Notes: generated by a model from the letters alone, not told the origin. 64,000 bases of DNA from Octopus sinensis (GCF_006345805.1 NW_021833924.1:29337-93336), one strand, 5' to 3'; shown: positions 49,613 through 63,815, numbered from the stretch's first letter. Translations and numbers: made by a program.

Positions 49613-50343
49613 GGATCTTTTCTGTTTGACCGGCAGTTTTTTAGCATAATTTCCACATCACTAAACACTTTTAAACTTCATATACTGGTAGAATGTGTTT
49701 ATAAAACATCTTTTTCTCTTGGCTTTATTGAGAAAATTCTATAGTTTGTAAGATATTTGTTGTTGTTTTTCTTCAATTTCTGCAATTTCAACCAATCAAT
49801 GACGTCTATTGAGGTAAAAAAAACATTCTGTGCCGTATGAATATGTCCCTCGTTTAAGAAACAGATTGGGTTTATTTACATTTGTGAAGAAAAAAAGATA
49901 CCCTTCCCTCACCCCTAACCTTAACCCAGATTGAAATGCAATAGATCGATACTAGGGTCATAATTTTGGGTGACAATTTCATTTGACACCGCTAGAAAAA
50001 ACTGCCGTTCAAACCGAAAAGATCCCATCTTTTTCTCTTGGCTTTCTTGAGAAAATTCTATAGTTGTAAGATATTTGTTGTTTTTATTCATCAATTTTTG
50101 CAATTTCAACCAATCAATGACATCTATTGAGGTAAAAAAAACATTCTGTGCCGTATGAATATGTCCCTCGTTTAAGAAACAGATTGGGTTTATTTACATT
50201 TGTGAAGAAAAAAAGATACCCTTCCCCCCTAACCCTAACCCTAAAACATTGAAATGCAATAGATCGATACTAGGGTCATAATTATGGGTGACAATTTCAT
50301 ATGACACCGCTAGAAAAAACTGCCGTTCAAACCGAAAAGATCC
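49613..50343. mobile_element. Inverted copy of the 43238 MITE with an internal ~320-bp duplication (extra TIR ending at 50025)
   Basis: Same TIR GGATCTTTTC...GAAAAGATCC; flanked by TA on both sides. Confidence 0.8.
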
Positions 50344-50724
50344 TATGTTCCTGTAACACTGTATATGTGTGTGTATATACGTCCTTCACTTTATACACTG
50401 TTTCTGTTTTGTGACTGTATGTGTGTGTGTGTGGTGTCATCATCATCATCATTTAACGTCCGCTTTCCATGCTGGTGTGGGTTGGATGGTTTGACTGGGG
50501 TTTGGTATACCAATGGGCTGCACCAGACTCCTGTTAGATTGGCAAGGTTTTTACAGCTGGAGGCCCTTCCTAATGCTAACCACTCCGAGAGTGTAGTGGG
50601 CCCTTTTTTCCGTGTCACTGGCATAGGGGGGAGGGAGCAGTTACGCGGCACTGACATCGACCACACATGAATGGTGCTTTTGTGTGTGTGTGTGTGTGTA
50701 TACATATATATATATATATATATA

Positions 50725-50950
50725 AGCATGGAACAAACTGCCGGCATCAGTTGTTGGTTGTCGGATCACTGCATCCTTGAAAACTTCCATGCTTCCTGAG
50801 ATTCGCCAACACCACACCTGAGCTTTCTCCCCTCCATACACACAAGCAAGCATCTATCTGACTCATACACTGTTCACTCCCCAGACAGATGCTTTATACG
50901 CAGTTTTTGACAAGTTGTGGGGCACCTGAGCACTGTATACTATAATTTCA
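50725..50950 (+). mobile_element. CR1/L2-type LINE 3' fragment
   Basis: AWNKLPASVVGCRITASLKTSMLPEIRQHHT*, homologous to 61543-61860. Confidence 0.75.
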
Positions 50951-51893
50951 TTATGATATATATATGTGTGCGTGTGTGGGCATGGCTGTGTGGTAAGAAA
51001 CTTTGATTTCAACCATATGGCTCTGGGTTCAGTCCCACTGCATAGCACCTTGGGCTAGTGTCTTCGGAAGATGGAAACTGAAAGAAGCCTGTCATCTATC
51101 TATCTATATATATAATATAAGTGAAAATCAAAAATCGAAGAATCAAATCAAAATCGATGAACATCAATGGAATTTGTAGTTTTGTGGTACCAGTGCCGGT
51201 GGCACATAAGAAAACCATCTGAACGTGGCCGTAGCCAGTACCACATCGACTGGCCTCCGTGCTGGTGGCACGTAAAAAACACCACCCGATCGTGGCTGTG
51301 CCAGCCTCGCCTGGCCTCTGTGCTGGTGGCATGTAAAAAACACCATCTGAGCGTGGCCGTTCGCCAGCCTCGTCTGGCACCTGTGTCGGTGGCACATAAA
51401 ACACACCCACTACACTCACGGAGTTGTTGGCCTCAGGAGGGCATCCAGCTGTAGAAACACTGCCAGATCTGACTGGCCTGGTGCAGCCTTCGGGCTTCCC
51501 AGACCCCAGTTGAACCGTCCAACCCATGCTAGCATGGAAAGCGGACGTTAAACAATGATGATATATATATATATATATATAAACGATAAACGTCTCCCTT
51601 TGAAGCCTAGCCAGGCTCATGGGCCCGGTTTACCAGTTTCTGTGGCATTTGTGTTCCCCCCAGCTGGACGGAACGCCAGTCCATCGCAGTGTTACTCAAG
51701 AAACAGGAAGATAGAGTGAGAGATAGTGGGGGCGAAAGAGTACAACAGGGGTCACCACCACACCCTCTGCTGGAGCCTCGTGGAGCTTTAGGTGTTTTCG
51801 CTCAATAAACACACACAATGCCCGGTCTGAGAATCGAAACTGCGATCCTCCGACCTCGAGTCCACTACCCTAACCACTGGGCCATTGCACCTC

Positions 51894-51926
<33 letters not shown>

Positions 51927-52829
51927 CATCATCATCATCATCGTTTAACGTCCGTTCTCCATGCTAGCACGGGTTGGACGGTTCGACCGGGGTTCTGGGA
52001 AGCCAGAAGGCTGCACCAGGCTCCTGTCTAATCTGGCAATGTTTCTACAGCTGGATGCCCTTCCTAACGCCAACCACTCCGTGAGTGTAGTGGGTGCTTT
52101 TTACGTGCCACCTGCACAGGTGCCAGGCGAGGCTGGCAACGGCCATGGTCAGATTGGTGTATTTTATGTGCCACCGGCACGGAAGCCAGTCGAGGCGGTG
52201 CTGGCATCGGCCACGGGTCGGATAGTGCTTTTTACGTATATATATATATACATTCATAAATGAAGGTGAAAAATTAGATATTAATTTAATAATACCATCA
52301 GTTTAACACCAAGTGGCCTAGCACATAAAAAACCAGGGAGACAATACAAATTTATACGTAAATATAAGAGAGTTACCGTTAAGTGGTTAACTCTAGTGCT
52401 AGAAATAGCTCCTTATTCTGGTATAGCCACCGAAGTTGTTTCCACAAAAGAAATAACATTACCTTCAACGTATGGAAAGCGAAATACAACGAAAAATATA
52501 TATATATATATATACATGCATATTGTTTTTGTATTTGGTATGCAAGATTCTTTATGTGAATTTGTGTGTTGAAAAAAAATTTGTTGTGTCTAATGAGTCA
52601 TTATGTTAATATTAATAACACATGCACTGGTCCAATTCCACTCCTTTGTTATTAGTTAATTGGTTAAATATCTAACTAATTAATAGATTATTTGTTTAAT
52701 TTGGTTTAATAGCAAGTTGTTTTGTTTTTGTTAAAGTTTTTTCATTGCTATTAGCAACATTTTCAAGCAAAAACAAAAAAAAAAAGAGACCTGGCTGTGA
52801 GGTAGATGGAAACTGAAAGAAGCCCATAG

Positions 52830-52866
<37 letters not shown>

Positions 52867-53039
52867 CTGTGCCCCTCTCCCCATTGCTTGATGACCGGTG
52901 TTGGTGTGTTTATGGCCCTGTGACTTAGCGGTTCGGCAAAAGAGATCGATAGGATAAGTACCAGGTTTACAAAGAATAAGTCCTGGGGTCGACTTCTTTG
53001 ACTGAAAAGCAAGAAAAAACACCCCAGTATGCAACTGTT

Positions 53040-54090
53040 ACTTAATTTCTCGACCCCTAAAAGACGAACGTAACGGCAGACGAAATACCTATTTCTTTAC
53101 TACCCATAAGGGGCTAAACACAGAGGGGACAAACAAGGACAGACTAAGGGATTAAGTCGATTATATCGACCCCAGTGAGTAACTGGTACTTATTTAATCG
53201 ACCCCGAAAGGATGAAAGGCAATGTCGACCTCGTTGGAATTTGAACTCAGAACGTAGCGGCAAACGAAATACCTATTTCTTTACTACCCACAAGGGGCTA
53301 AACACAGAGGGGACAAACAAGGGCAGACAAACGGATTAAGTCAATTATATCGACCTCAGTGAGTAACTGGTACTTATTTAATCGACCCCGAAAGGATGAA
53401 AAGCAAAGTCGACCTCAGCGGAATTTGAACTCAGAACGTAATGGCAGACAAAGTACCTATTTCTTTACTACCCACAAGGGGCTAAACATAGAGGAGACAA
53501 ACAAGGACATACTAAGGGATTAAGTCGATTATATTGACCCAGTGTGTAACTGGTACTTAATTTATCGACCCCGAAAGGATGAAAGGCAAAGTTGACCTCG
53601 GCGGAATTTGAACTCAGAACGTAGCAGTAGACGAAATACTGCTAAGCATTTCACCCAGCATGCTAACGTTTCTTATTTCTTTATTGCTTACAAGGGGCTA
53701 AGCACAGAGAGGACAAACAAGGACAGACAAAGGGATTAAGTCGATTATATTGAGCCCAGTGCGTAACTGGTACTTATTTAATCGACCCCGAAAGAATGAA
53801 AGGCAAAGTCGACCTCGGCGGAATTTGAACTCAGAACGTAACGGTAGACGAAATACGTATTTCTTTACTACCCACAAGGGGCTAAACAAAGAGGGGACAA
53901 ACAAGGACAGACAAACGGACTAAGTCGATTATATCGACCCCAGTGCGTAACTGGTACTTATTTAATCGGCCCCCGAAAGGGTGAAAGGCAAAGTCGACCC
54001 GGGCGGAATTTGAACTCAGAATGTAAAGTCAGACGAAATACTGCTAAGCATTTCGCCCGGCATGCTAACGATTCTGCCAGCTCACCGCCT
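53040..54090 (-). repeat. ~6 tandem ~178-bp units of SINE family B
   Basis: Repeated tatttctttactacccacaaggggctaaac...gtcgacctcggcggaatttgaactcagaacg. Confidence 0.85.
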
Positions 54091-55601
54091 TATTACTAAG
54101 AAATATTACTGGTCCCTGGCAAACTGGAAAGAAAACTCAGCTGGTTCGCCACATCAGATGGTTTGAGAAGCGCTGCTATACCATATATAGAGTCTATATA
54201 TATATAAATGAATCAGAATGAACTTAGGATGTATAGTACATTACAAGTATATGTATTCTTGTGTATATATGTCATCGTGTACACACCCTAGTTAATTCAA
54301 CAACAATTTATATACTGTCTCTTTGTATGTTATATAAATGAGAATGCGTGTGTGTCTGTGTGTGTATATATGTGTGGGTATATGTGTGTGGGTGTATGTG
54401 TGTGTCAGGTATTTTCCCACGCTACATTGCAACAAAGGAATCCACTGTATGGTAGCTAGACCTGGATAGAAATAGCAGCCAAATCTCCTTCAAATCATAC
54501 CCTACTCTCTTATCTATGTATATATGTATGTATGAGCCAATGAGGGAGACCTCTACATGGTAGCTAGACCTGGTAGAAATAGCACCCAAATCTCCCTCAA
54601 ATCACACCCTACTCTCTTATCTATGTATATATGTATGTATGAGCCAATGAGGGAGACCTCTACATGGTAGCTAGACCTGGCAGATATAGCAGCCAAATCT
54701 CCCTCAGATCACACCTTACTGTCTTTTCTCTCCCTCTCTGCCTCTGTATATATATATATCATCATCGTCATCATTTAATGTCTTTTGTCCATGCTGGTAT
54801 GGGTTGGATGGTTTGACCTGGGCTGGTAAGCTGGAAGGCCGCACCAGACTCCTGTCACCTTCCTAACACCAACCGCTCTGAGAGTGTAATGGATGCTTTT
54901 ATGTGCCACCGGAATTTGTGCCATTTGTGTGACACCAGTATCTGCCATGACTGTGATCTTGCTTGGCTTGATGGGGTCTTCTCAAGCACACCGTAATGCC
55001 AAAAGTCTCAATTATTGCCTCCGTGAGGCCGAATGCTCATATATATATATGCGTACATGCATGAGAAGACCCGGCAGGACAAGTGAGACCGTAACCCGTG
55101 ACCTCAGTCCACTTATGCATACCTTTCCTTCTTGGGACACAAAACTACACTTGTGAAGACCGGTTGAGGCAAGTGAAAATCAAAATCAAAATCGATCAAC
55201 ATCAATGGAAATTGCAGCTGTGATACCAGTGCTGGTGGCACGTAAGAGAACCATCTGAACGTGGCCGTTGCCAGCGCCACCCTGACTGGCCTCGTGCCAC
55301 TGGCATGTAAAATGCACCATCCGATCATGGCCGTTGCCAGCCTCGCCTGGCCTCCATGCCGGTGGCACATAAAAAGCACCAACCAATCGTGGCCATTGCC
55401 AGCCTTGTCTGGCACCTGTGCCAGTGGCACGTAAAAAGCACCCACTACACTCACGGAGTGGTTGGCGTCAGGAAGGGCATCCAGCCGTAGAAACACTGCC
55501 AGATCAGACTGGGCCTGGTGCAGCCTTCTGGCTTCCCAGACCCCAGTTGAACCGTCCAACCCATGCTAGCATGGAAAACGGACGCTAAACGATGATGATG
55601 A

Positions 55602-55639
<38 letters not shown>

Positions 55640-56306
55640 CTACTTCCCTCTTTGGCTCATACATACATATATACATAGATATGGCTGCTATTTCTACCAG
55701 GTCTAGCTACCATGTAGAAGTCTCCCTCATTGGCTCATACATACATACATACATACATAGTTGCTATTTAGCCCCAGGTCAGTCCTGATCCAGACAGACC
55801 TATGATCAATGATGTTCCAGCCGTGACCATCCCATCTTTTATTCAGGCATAGTGTATCTAGGACTACATTATCTAATGTCTCATCTCCCTAAAATAAATC
55901 TAACTCTAATTCAAGGAACACTTGGCTATGAATCCCTCAGGTAAAAACAAACCATCCGTAACAATTCTCTCTTCCTTGGCTTCCGCGAACCAGACAAACA
56001 TTACGGCGCTGGGGCCCAATCCACCCCCACCTAAATTTCCCCCACGCTGTTTATTTTTCTGTCCCGTCTAACCCCCATTCAGCTAATCTCCTTTGCATGT
56101 AATTACCTACTTAATCGCTAATCAGCTTATTTTACAGACCAGGTGTAAAAATTCGCCTCTTACCTTCATTGCTCTCATCTCTACCTGTCTCTCCCTCTCT
56201 CCATCTCATTTCTCATCTCTCTCTCTCTCTCTCCTTGTCTCATCCTCTCTACCTATCTGTATCTCTCCCCCTCTCTCTCTCTTCGTATACATATATATAT
56301 ACATAC

Positions 56307-56337
<31 letters not shown>

Positions 56338-56496
56338 CACACATATATGTATATACACACACACACATATATATGTATATATATATACACACACACACAT
56401 ATATATGCATATATATATACATATATATACACATATATGTATATACACACACACACATATATATGCATATATATATATACATATATATATATATAC

Positions 56497-56541
<45 letters not shown>

Positions 56542-56555
56542 ATATATACATATAT

Positions 56556-56588
<33 letters not shown>

Positions 56589-56591
56589 TAT

Positions 56592-56623
<32 letters not shown>

Positions 56624-56874
56624 TGTATATGTATGTATGTATGTATATTTCTTTTTAGCTCTCTCTTTCTTATTCCTTTTAATAACTAAATATTTATTTA
56701 TTTCTGTCAATTGGTTTGTATGTTTGTTTTTTTGTCTGTCTGTCTGTCTACTTTGTCTACTGTCTGCCTCTCTGTGTATTTTCCATCCGCCTGTCTATTT
56801 ACTTTGTCTGTCTGTCTGTCTCACCGTCTACTTCCCTGTCTATCTGTCTGTCTGTTTGTCTATCTAGGTACTAC

Positions 56875-57360
56875 TTAAGGAGGAAGAGGATGATGATGAT
56901 GATGATGAGGAGGAGGAGGATGAAGAGGATGATGATGAGGAGGAGGATGAGGATGAGGATGACGAGGATGATGATGATGATGATGAGGAGGAGGAGGAGG
57001 AGGAGGATGATGATGAGGAGGAGGAGGATGAGGATGAGGATGACGAGGATGATGATGATGATGATGAGGAGGAGGAGGAGGAGGAGGATGATGATGATGA
57101 AGAGGATAATGAGGATGATGATGAGGATGATAAGGATGATGATGAGGGAGATGATGAGGATGATGATGATGAGGATGATGATGATGATGATGAGGATGAT
57201 GATGATGAGGATGAGGATGAGGATGAGGAGGATGATGATGATGATGAGGATGATGATGATGAGGATGATGATGAGGATGATGATGATGATGAGGATGATG
57301 ATGATGAGGATGATGATGAGGATGATGATGATGATGAGGATGAGGAGGATGATGATGATG
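56875..57360. repeat. (GAT/GAG)n trinucleotide repeat
   Basis: Directly visible. Confidence 0.95.
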
Positions 57361-57589
57361 GGGGGGTAGGGCAGTTAAAACACAAAGCATTCTTGCAGGG
57401 TGAGCTTCTAAAAGGACTGCATTCTGCAAACCAATCAACCGTAACCATCAGTGTTTAGTAGGGTGTGTCCAAAGTGCTGTCAGGACCATCTCCTTTCAGT
57501 CTGGAATACCAAAGGTCGGCAGGTCAGCTTACTGGACATGTGACAATGATATTTCTCAAGTTACAATAATCTGCATCAATTATTACTAC

Positions 57590-59480
57590 CTTTCCTTGGC
57601 TGTGTGGTAAGTAGCTTGCTTACCAACCACATGGTTCCGGGTTCAGTCCCACTGCGTGACACCTTGGGCAAGTGTCTTCTACTATATCCTCAGGCCGACC
57701 AAACCCTTGTGAGTAGATTTGGTAGACGGAAACCGAAAGAAGCCCATGTTATATATGTATGTAATATATATATATTATAGGCGTAGGAGTGGCTGTGTGG
57801 TAATAGCTTGGCTTACCAACCACATGGTTCCGGGTTCAGTCCCACTGCATGACACCTTGGGCAAGTGTCTTCTACTATAGCCTCGGGCCGACCAAACCCT
57901 TGTGAGTAGATTTGGTAGACGGAAACCGAAAGAAGCCCATGTTATATATGTATATATATATATATATATTATAGGCGTAGGAGTGGCTGTGTGGTAAGTA
58001 GCTTGCTTACCAACCACATGGTTCCGGGTTCAGTCCCACTGCATGACACCTTGTGCAAGTGTCTTCTACTATAGCCTCGGCCGACCAAACCCTTGTGAGT
58101 AGATAGATTTGGTAGACGGAAACCGAAGAAGCCCATGTTATATATGTATGTATATATATATATTATAGGCGTAGGAGTGGCTGTGTGGTAAGTAGCTTGC
58201 TTACCAACCACATGGTTCCGGGTTCAGTCCCACTGCATGACACCTTGGGCAAGTGTCTTCTACTATAGCCTCGGCCGACCAACCCTTGTGAGTAGATTTG
58301 GTAGACGGAAACCGAAAGAAGCCCATGTTATATATGTATGTATATATATATATTATAGGCGTAGGAGTGGCTGTGTGGTAAGTAGCTTGCTTACCAACCA
58401 CATGGTTCCGGGTTCAGTCCCACTGCATGACACCTTGGGCAAGTGTCTTCTACTATAGCCTCGGGCCGACCAAACCCTTGTGAGTAGATTTGGTAGACGG
58501 AAACCGAAAGAAGCCCATGTTATATATGTATGTATATATATATATATTATAGGCGTAGGAGTGGCTGTGTGGTAAGTAGCTTGCTTACCAACCACATGGT
58601 TCCGGGTTCAGTCCCACTGCATGACACCTTGGGCAAGTGTCTTCTACTATAGCCTCGGGCCGACCAAACCCTTGTGAGTAGATTTGGTAGACGGAAACCG
58701 AAAGAAGCCCATGTTATATATGTATGTATATATATATATATTATAGGCGTAGGAGTGGCTGTGTGGTAAGTAGCTTGCTTACCAACCACATGGTTCCGGG
58801 TTCAGTCCCACTGCATGACACCTTGGGCAAGTGTCTTCTACTATAGCCTCGGGCCGACCAAACCCTTGTGAGTAGATTTGGTAGACGGAAACCGAAAGAA
58901 GCCCATGTTATATATGTTGTATATATATATATATATAGCGTAGGAGTGGCTGTGTTGGTAAGTAGCTTGCTTACCAACCACATGGTTCCGGGTTCAGTCC
59001 CACTGCATGACACCTTGGGCAAGTGTCTTCTACTATAGCCTCGGGCCGACCAAACCCTTGTGAGTAGATTGGTAGACGGAAACCGAAAGAAGCCCATGTT
59101 ATTATGTATGTATATATATATATATTATAGGCGTAGGAGTGGCTGTGGTGGTAAGTAGCTTGCTTACCAACCACATGGTTCCGGTTCAGTCCCACTGCGT
59201 GGCACCTTGGGCAAGTGTCTTCTACTTTAGCCTCGGGCTGACCAAAGCCTTGTGAGTGGATTTGGTAGACGAATGAACTGAAGAAGCCCGTCCTATATAT
59301 GTAGGTATATATATATATATACACAGGAGTGCAGGTGTGTTAAGTAGCTTGCTTACACCCACATGGTTCCGGTTCAGTCCCACTGCATGGCACCTTGGGC
59401 AAGTGTCTCCTACTATAGCCTCGGGCCGACCAAAGCCTTTGAGTGGATTTGGTAGACGGAAACTGAAAGAAGCCCGTCGT
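57590..59480 (+). repeat. Tandem array (~10 x 192 bp) of the family-A SINE head, running into a full-length copy
   Basis: Repeated taggcgtaggagtggctgtgtgg...gaagcccatgttatatatg. Confidence 0.9.
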
Positions 59481-60028
59481 ATATATATATATGTATATGT
59501 AATATATATATATATATGTATATATATGTATAAGTGTATATGTTTGTGTGTTTGTGTGTTTGTCCCCCCAACATCGCATGACAACCGATGCTGGTGTGTT
59601 TACGTCCCCGTCACTTAGCGGTTCGGCAAAATAGACCGATAGAATAAGTACTGAGCTTACAAAAAGAATAAGTCCTGGGGGTCGATTTGCTCGACGAAAA
59701 GGCGGTGCTCCAGCATGGCCGCAGTCAAAATGACTGAAACAAGTAAAAGAGTAAAAGAGTAAAGTCTCAAATCTTCCGAAATGCACCTCTTAGTCAACTG
59801 CGATGAACAGTTTTTTGCAGGGTGTGTTCAAAGACCTGTTACAGTTCTTTCCTTCAGTGCGAAATAACAAAAGCTGGTAGATCAACTTATTAAATGTCTA
59901 GCAATGGCATACTTAAATTACAATAGCCGAGGACAGTTATAAATGCTATTTCTGAATAGAATCGCAAAACTTCTTGAATACACCTTGTTGTCAGCTGTGA
60001 CTTATAACATTTAGTAGGGTGTGTTTAA

Positions 60029-60759
60029 CCCTTACGATACCAACCTAGTTGAAACCACCCCTAGTTCTGTAGTACAAATATATTGTTTTCATAAGTTTTG
60101 AGTTAAAATCTTCCACCAAACCTTAGTCACAATTTATGTTCCTAACACTAGCTTAATGATAACTAAGTTATTTTGCTAAATTCTTTGTTATATTTAAAAT
60201 TAATTGAAAGAAACCCAGAACATCTCAACAGAAATATGCTAAAAAAAAAAAGGGTTAAAATATATAATAGAGAAACAATTCTTAACCCTTTTGATACCAA
60301 CCCGGCTGAAACCAGCTCTGGCTCTGTAGTACAAATGTCTTGTTTTCAAAAGTCCTGAATTAAAATCTTCTACCAAACCTTAGTCACAATTTATGTTCCT
60401 AACACTAGCTTAATGATGACTAAGTTATTTTACTAAATTCTTTATTATATTTAAAATTAGCTGAAAGAAACACAGAACATCTCAACAAAAATTGGTAACA
60501 AAAGGGTTAAAATATATAATAGAGAAACAATTTTAACCCTTTTGATACGAACCTGGCTGAAACCACCTCTGGCTCTGTAGTACAAATGTCTTGTTTTCAT
60601 AAGTTGAATTATTAAAATCTTCCACCAAACCTTAGTCACAATTTATGTTCCTAACACTAGCTTAACGATAACTAAGTTATTTTACTAAACTCTTTGTTAT
60701 ATTTAAAATTTATTGAAAGAAACACAGAGTATCTCAACAGAAATATGGTAACAAAAGGG
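60029..60759 (-). mobile_element. Trimer of the piggyBac-type MITE with TTAA TSD
   Basis: TTAA at 60025-60028 and 60760-60763; ends CCCTT..GATACC / GGTAACAAAAGGG; two internal spacers matching those of the 24.8-kb array. Confidence 0.85.
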
Positions 60760-61487
60760 TTAAAGTGCTGTTACAGCCGCCTCTTTCAATCTGGAACAAG
60801 AAACGTTGGCAGGTCAGCTTATTAGAGATTAAGTAATGATATTCCTCAAGTTACAATAATCTGCCTCTCTTAAAAAACAAAAAAATAAGTCAAAATTCCT
60901 GGAATGAGCACAGGATATTTAATACATGAAATACAGATCACACCCTAAAAGATATTCTTTCAAGCCATATTGTGGACACTCAAATTTTGGGGTGGTCACT
61001 ACATTCCCTTCCACTGTGTGTGTGTGTGTGTGTGTCTATAGGCATATCTCTTAATTTTTGGCATGTCATTTGCAGATGTCAACTCTAAGTTAAGAGTAGA
61101 TTTCCTCCCAGGCTCTTTGGGATGATATTGCACCTGGCAATTCTGGGACAGTCTGCAGTCATGTGCCCTGTGCCTATGTAAGTTTAAGGGCACACCCACC
61201 ACAAGTAGGCCTGGTCTGCAGGTTTCAACATCCCCATAGGGTTATAGAAAGAAAAAAACGTGTAGCAACATGTAGCTTTGTTTGACAGAAATATTGGCCT
61301 GCAAATTTTAGCAGTGCTTGTTTGGTTGACTGATGGTGGGAGTTGGAGACCCTTATAAATTCCACTTTAGTCATGAATGACCATGGGATTGCACCAAGAA
61401 AGTTCCCCTCCGAGGGACAAGTCTGCGCAAGGTTGTTTATGGAAGACCAAGCAATCACCCATGCATACCAGCCTCTCCTCCCATGCC

Positions 61488-61535
<48 letters not shown>

Positions 61536-61542
61536 TATATAC

Positions 61543-61860
61543 TGGACATATTTACAAAGTAAGAAAACAGCACAGCTCCCTTGACTTTAGGAAATATTTT
61601 TTCACGCTAAGAGTTGCTGAAGCATGGAACAAACTGCCGGTATCAGTTGTTAGTTGTCGGAGCACTGCATCCTTGAAAACTTCCATGCTTTCTGAGATTT
61701 GCCAACACTACACCTGATTTTCTCCCCTCCATACACACACAAGCATGTATCTGACTCATACATTATTCGCTTTCCAGACATTTGTACATTACTGCATATA
61801 CTTTATACGCAGTTTTTGACAAGTTGTGGTGCACCTGAGCACTGAATACAATAATTTCAT
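61543..61860 (+). mobile_element. CR1/L2-type LINE 3' end
   Basis: GHIYKVRKQHSSLDFRKYFFTLRVAEAWNKLP motif, then 3' UTR and (ATT)n tail. Confidence 0.8.
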
Positions 61861-61879
61861 TATTATTATTATTATTATT

Positions 61880-62210
61880 ATTGCTCAGTGATTAGAGCGT
61901 CGAGCTTACGATCGTGAGGTTGTGAGCTCGAATCCCGACCGGGCTGCGTGTTGGTTCTTGAGCATGGCACTTTATTTCACGTTGCTCCAGTTCACTCAGC
62001 TGTAGAAATGAGTTGCAGTGTCACAGGTGCCAAACTGTATCGACCTTTGTCTTTCCCTTGATAACACTGGTGGCGTTGAGAGGGAGGCTGGTAATGCATG
62101 GGCGACTGCTGCCTTCCATAAACAACCTTGCCCAGACTTGTGTCTAGGAGGGTAACAGTCTAGGTGCAATCTCATGGTCATTCATGACCGAAGGGGGTCT
62201 TTACCCTTTT
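61880..62210 (+). mobile_element. tRNA-derived SINE (third family)
   Basis: gctcagtgattagagcg (A-box-like), gctcgaatccc (B-box-like); tail ggtcattcatgaccgaagggg, also present inverted at about 61365-61480 and 62225-62300. Confidence 0.7.
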
Positions 62211-62941
62211 TATTATTAAATGAAAATGGTAAAGAGCCCCTTTGGTCATGAATGACCATGGGACTGCACCTAGAAAGTTCCCCTCCGAGGCACAATTCGG
62301 GCGATGTCGCCGGGGTTCAATCAACTAAAATTCTTCGAGGCGGTGGTGGTGGTGGTGCCCCAGCGATGTATCAGCTTAACGACCGAAGCAGGTGAGAGCC
62401 AAGACAGCGGAACAGAAAAGAAACGGTTGGGCTCTTTGACTGGCAGAAAATAAACTTATGAATCGAGGGGCCCTAACGTTTGGGGAATACTCAGGGGCTG
62501 TTCCCATCGCAGACTGCATCTGGAAATCAGCCATCCACGTCAGGAAGCAGGGCCGTGTCTTTGTGCATGGCTGTTTAAGTGCAGGTGAATCAATGAGACG
62601 TGTTAATCCGGCTTAGTGGTGGCGGTTGATGGTGAAGGTGGACGTGGGGGCATTGCAAAAACGCTGCTGGATTAACGGGTGGGATTACGGAGGGATTAAA
62701 GAACGGATTTCTGTTAAGTCTAATGAACAGCTGTGACATTGATATTGTTAACGAACAATTAGGTTAATTGCTGCAGTTGTAGTAGTAGTAGTAGTAGCTG
62801 TGCTACACACACACACATACAGACTCTCTCACACTCTCACACACACAAACACACATACATACAGACTCTCACACACACACACACACATACAAACTCATAT
62901 GCACACACTCTTACACAGACACACATGCACACACATACAGA

Positions 62942-62972
<31 letters not shown>

Positions 62973-63169
62973 TCACACAAACACATAGAGATTATCTCAC
63001 AGACACACATACAGACTCACACACACACATGCACACTCTCTCACATACACACACAAACACACACACACACACATATACAGACTCTCTCTCTCACACACAC
63101 ACATACAAACTCACATGCGCACACTCTCACACAGACACACATGCACACACACACACACACACACATATA

Positions 63170-63815
63170 AGACGAGCTTCTTTCAGTTTCCGTCTACCAA
63201 ATCCACTCACAATGCTTTGGTCGGCTATAGCAGAAGATACTTGCCCAAGGTGCCATGCAGTGGGACTGAACCTGGAACCATGTGGTTGGTAAGCAAGCTA
63301 CTTACCACACAGCCACTCCTATGTGTATATAAGATGGGCTTCTTTCAGTTTCCGTCTACCAAATCCACTCACAATGCTTTGGTCGGCTATAGCAGAAGAC
63401 ACTTGCCCAAGGTGCCATGCAGTGGGACTGAACCTGGAACCATGTGGTTGGTAAGCAAGCTACTTACCCCACAGCCACTCCTATGTGTATATACGATGGG
63501 CTTCTTTCAGTTTCCGTCTACCAAATCCACTCACAAGGCTTTGGTCGGGCCGAGGCTATAGCAGAAGACACTTGCCCATGGTGCCATGCAGTGGGACTGA
63601 ACCTGGAACCATGTGATTGTAAGCAAGCTACTTACCCCACAGCCACTCCTATGTGTATATACGATGGGCTTCTTTCAGTTTCCGTCTACCAAATCCATTC
63701 ACAAGGCTTTGGTCGGGCCGAGGCTATAGCAGAAGACACTTGCCCATGGTGCCATGCAGTGGGACTGAACCCAGAACCATGTGGTTGGGAAGCAGGCTTC
63801 TTACCACGCAGCCAT
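63170..63815 (-). repeat. ~4 tandem family-A SINE heads
   Basis: Same unit as the 36.5-41.4 kb array, with a small deletion variant. Confidence 0.85.

Noticed and set aside
56125-56145. 5-nt microexon ttttacag|ACCAG|gtgtaa
   Set aside because: Weak donor and frame-shifting length; the surrounding island may be regulatory but evidence is too thin.
56875-57360. Poly-Asp/Glu, poly-Met/Arg, poly-Ser and poly-His readings
   Set aside because: Trinucleotide repeat with no start or splice context.
61076-61177. 102-nt exon from the upstream tttgcag acceptor
   Set aside because: Stop codons in all three frames.
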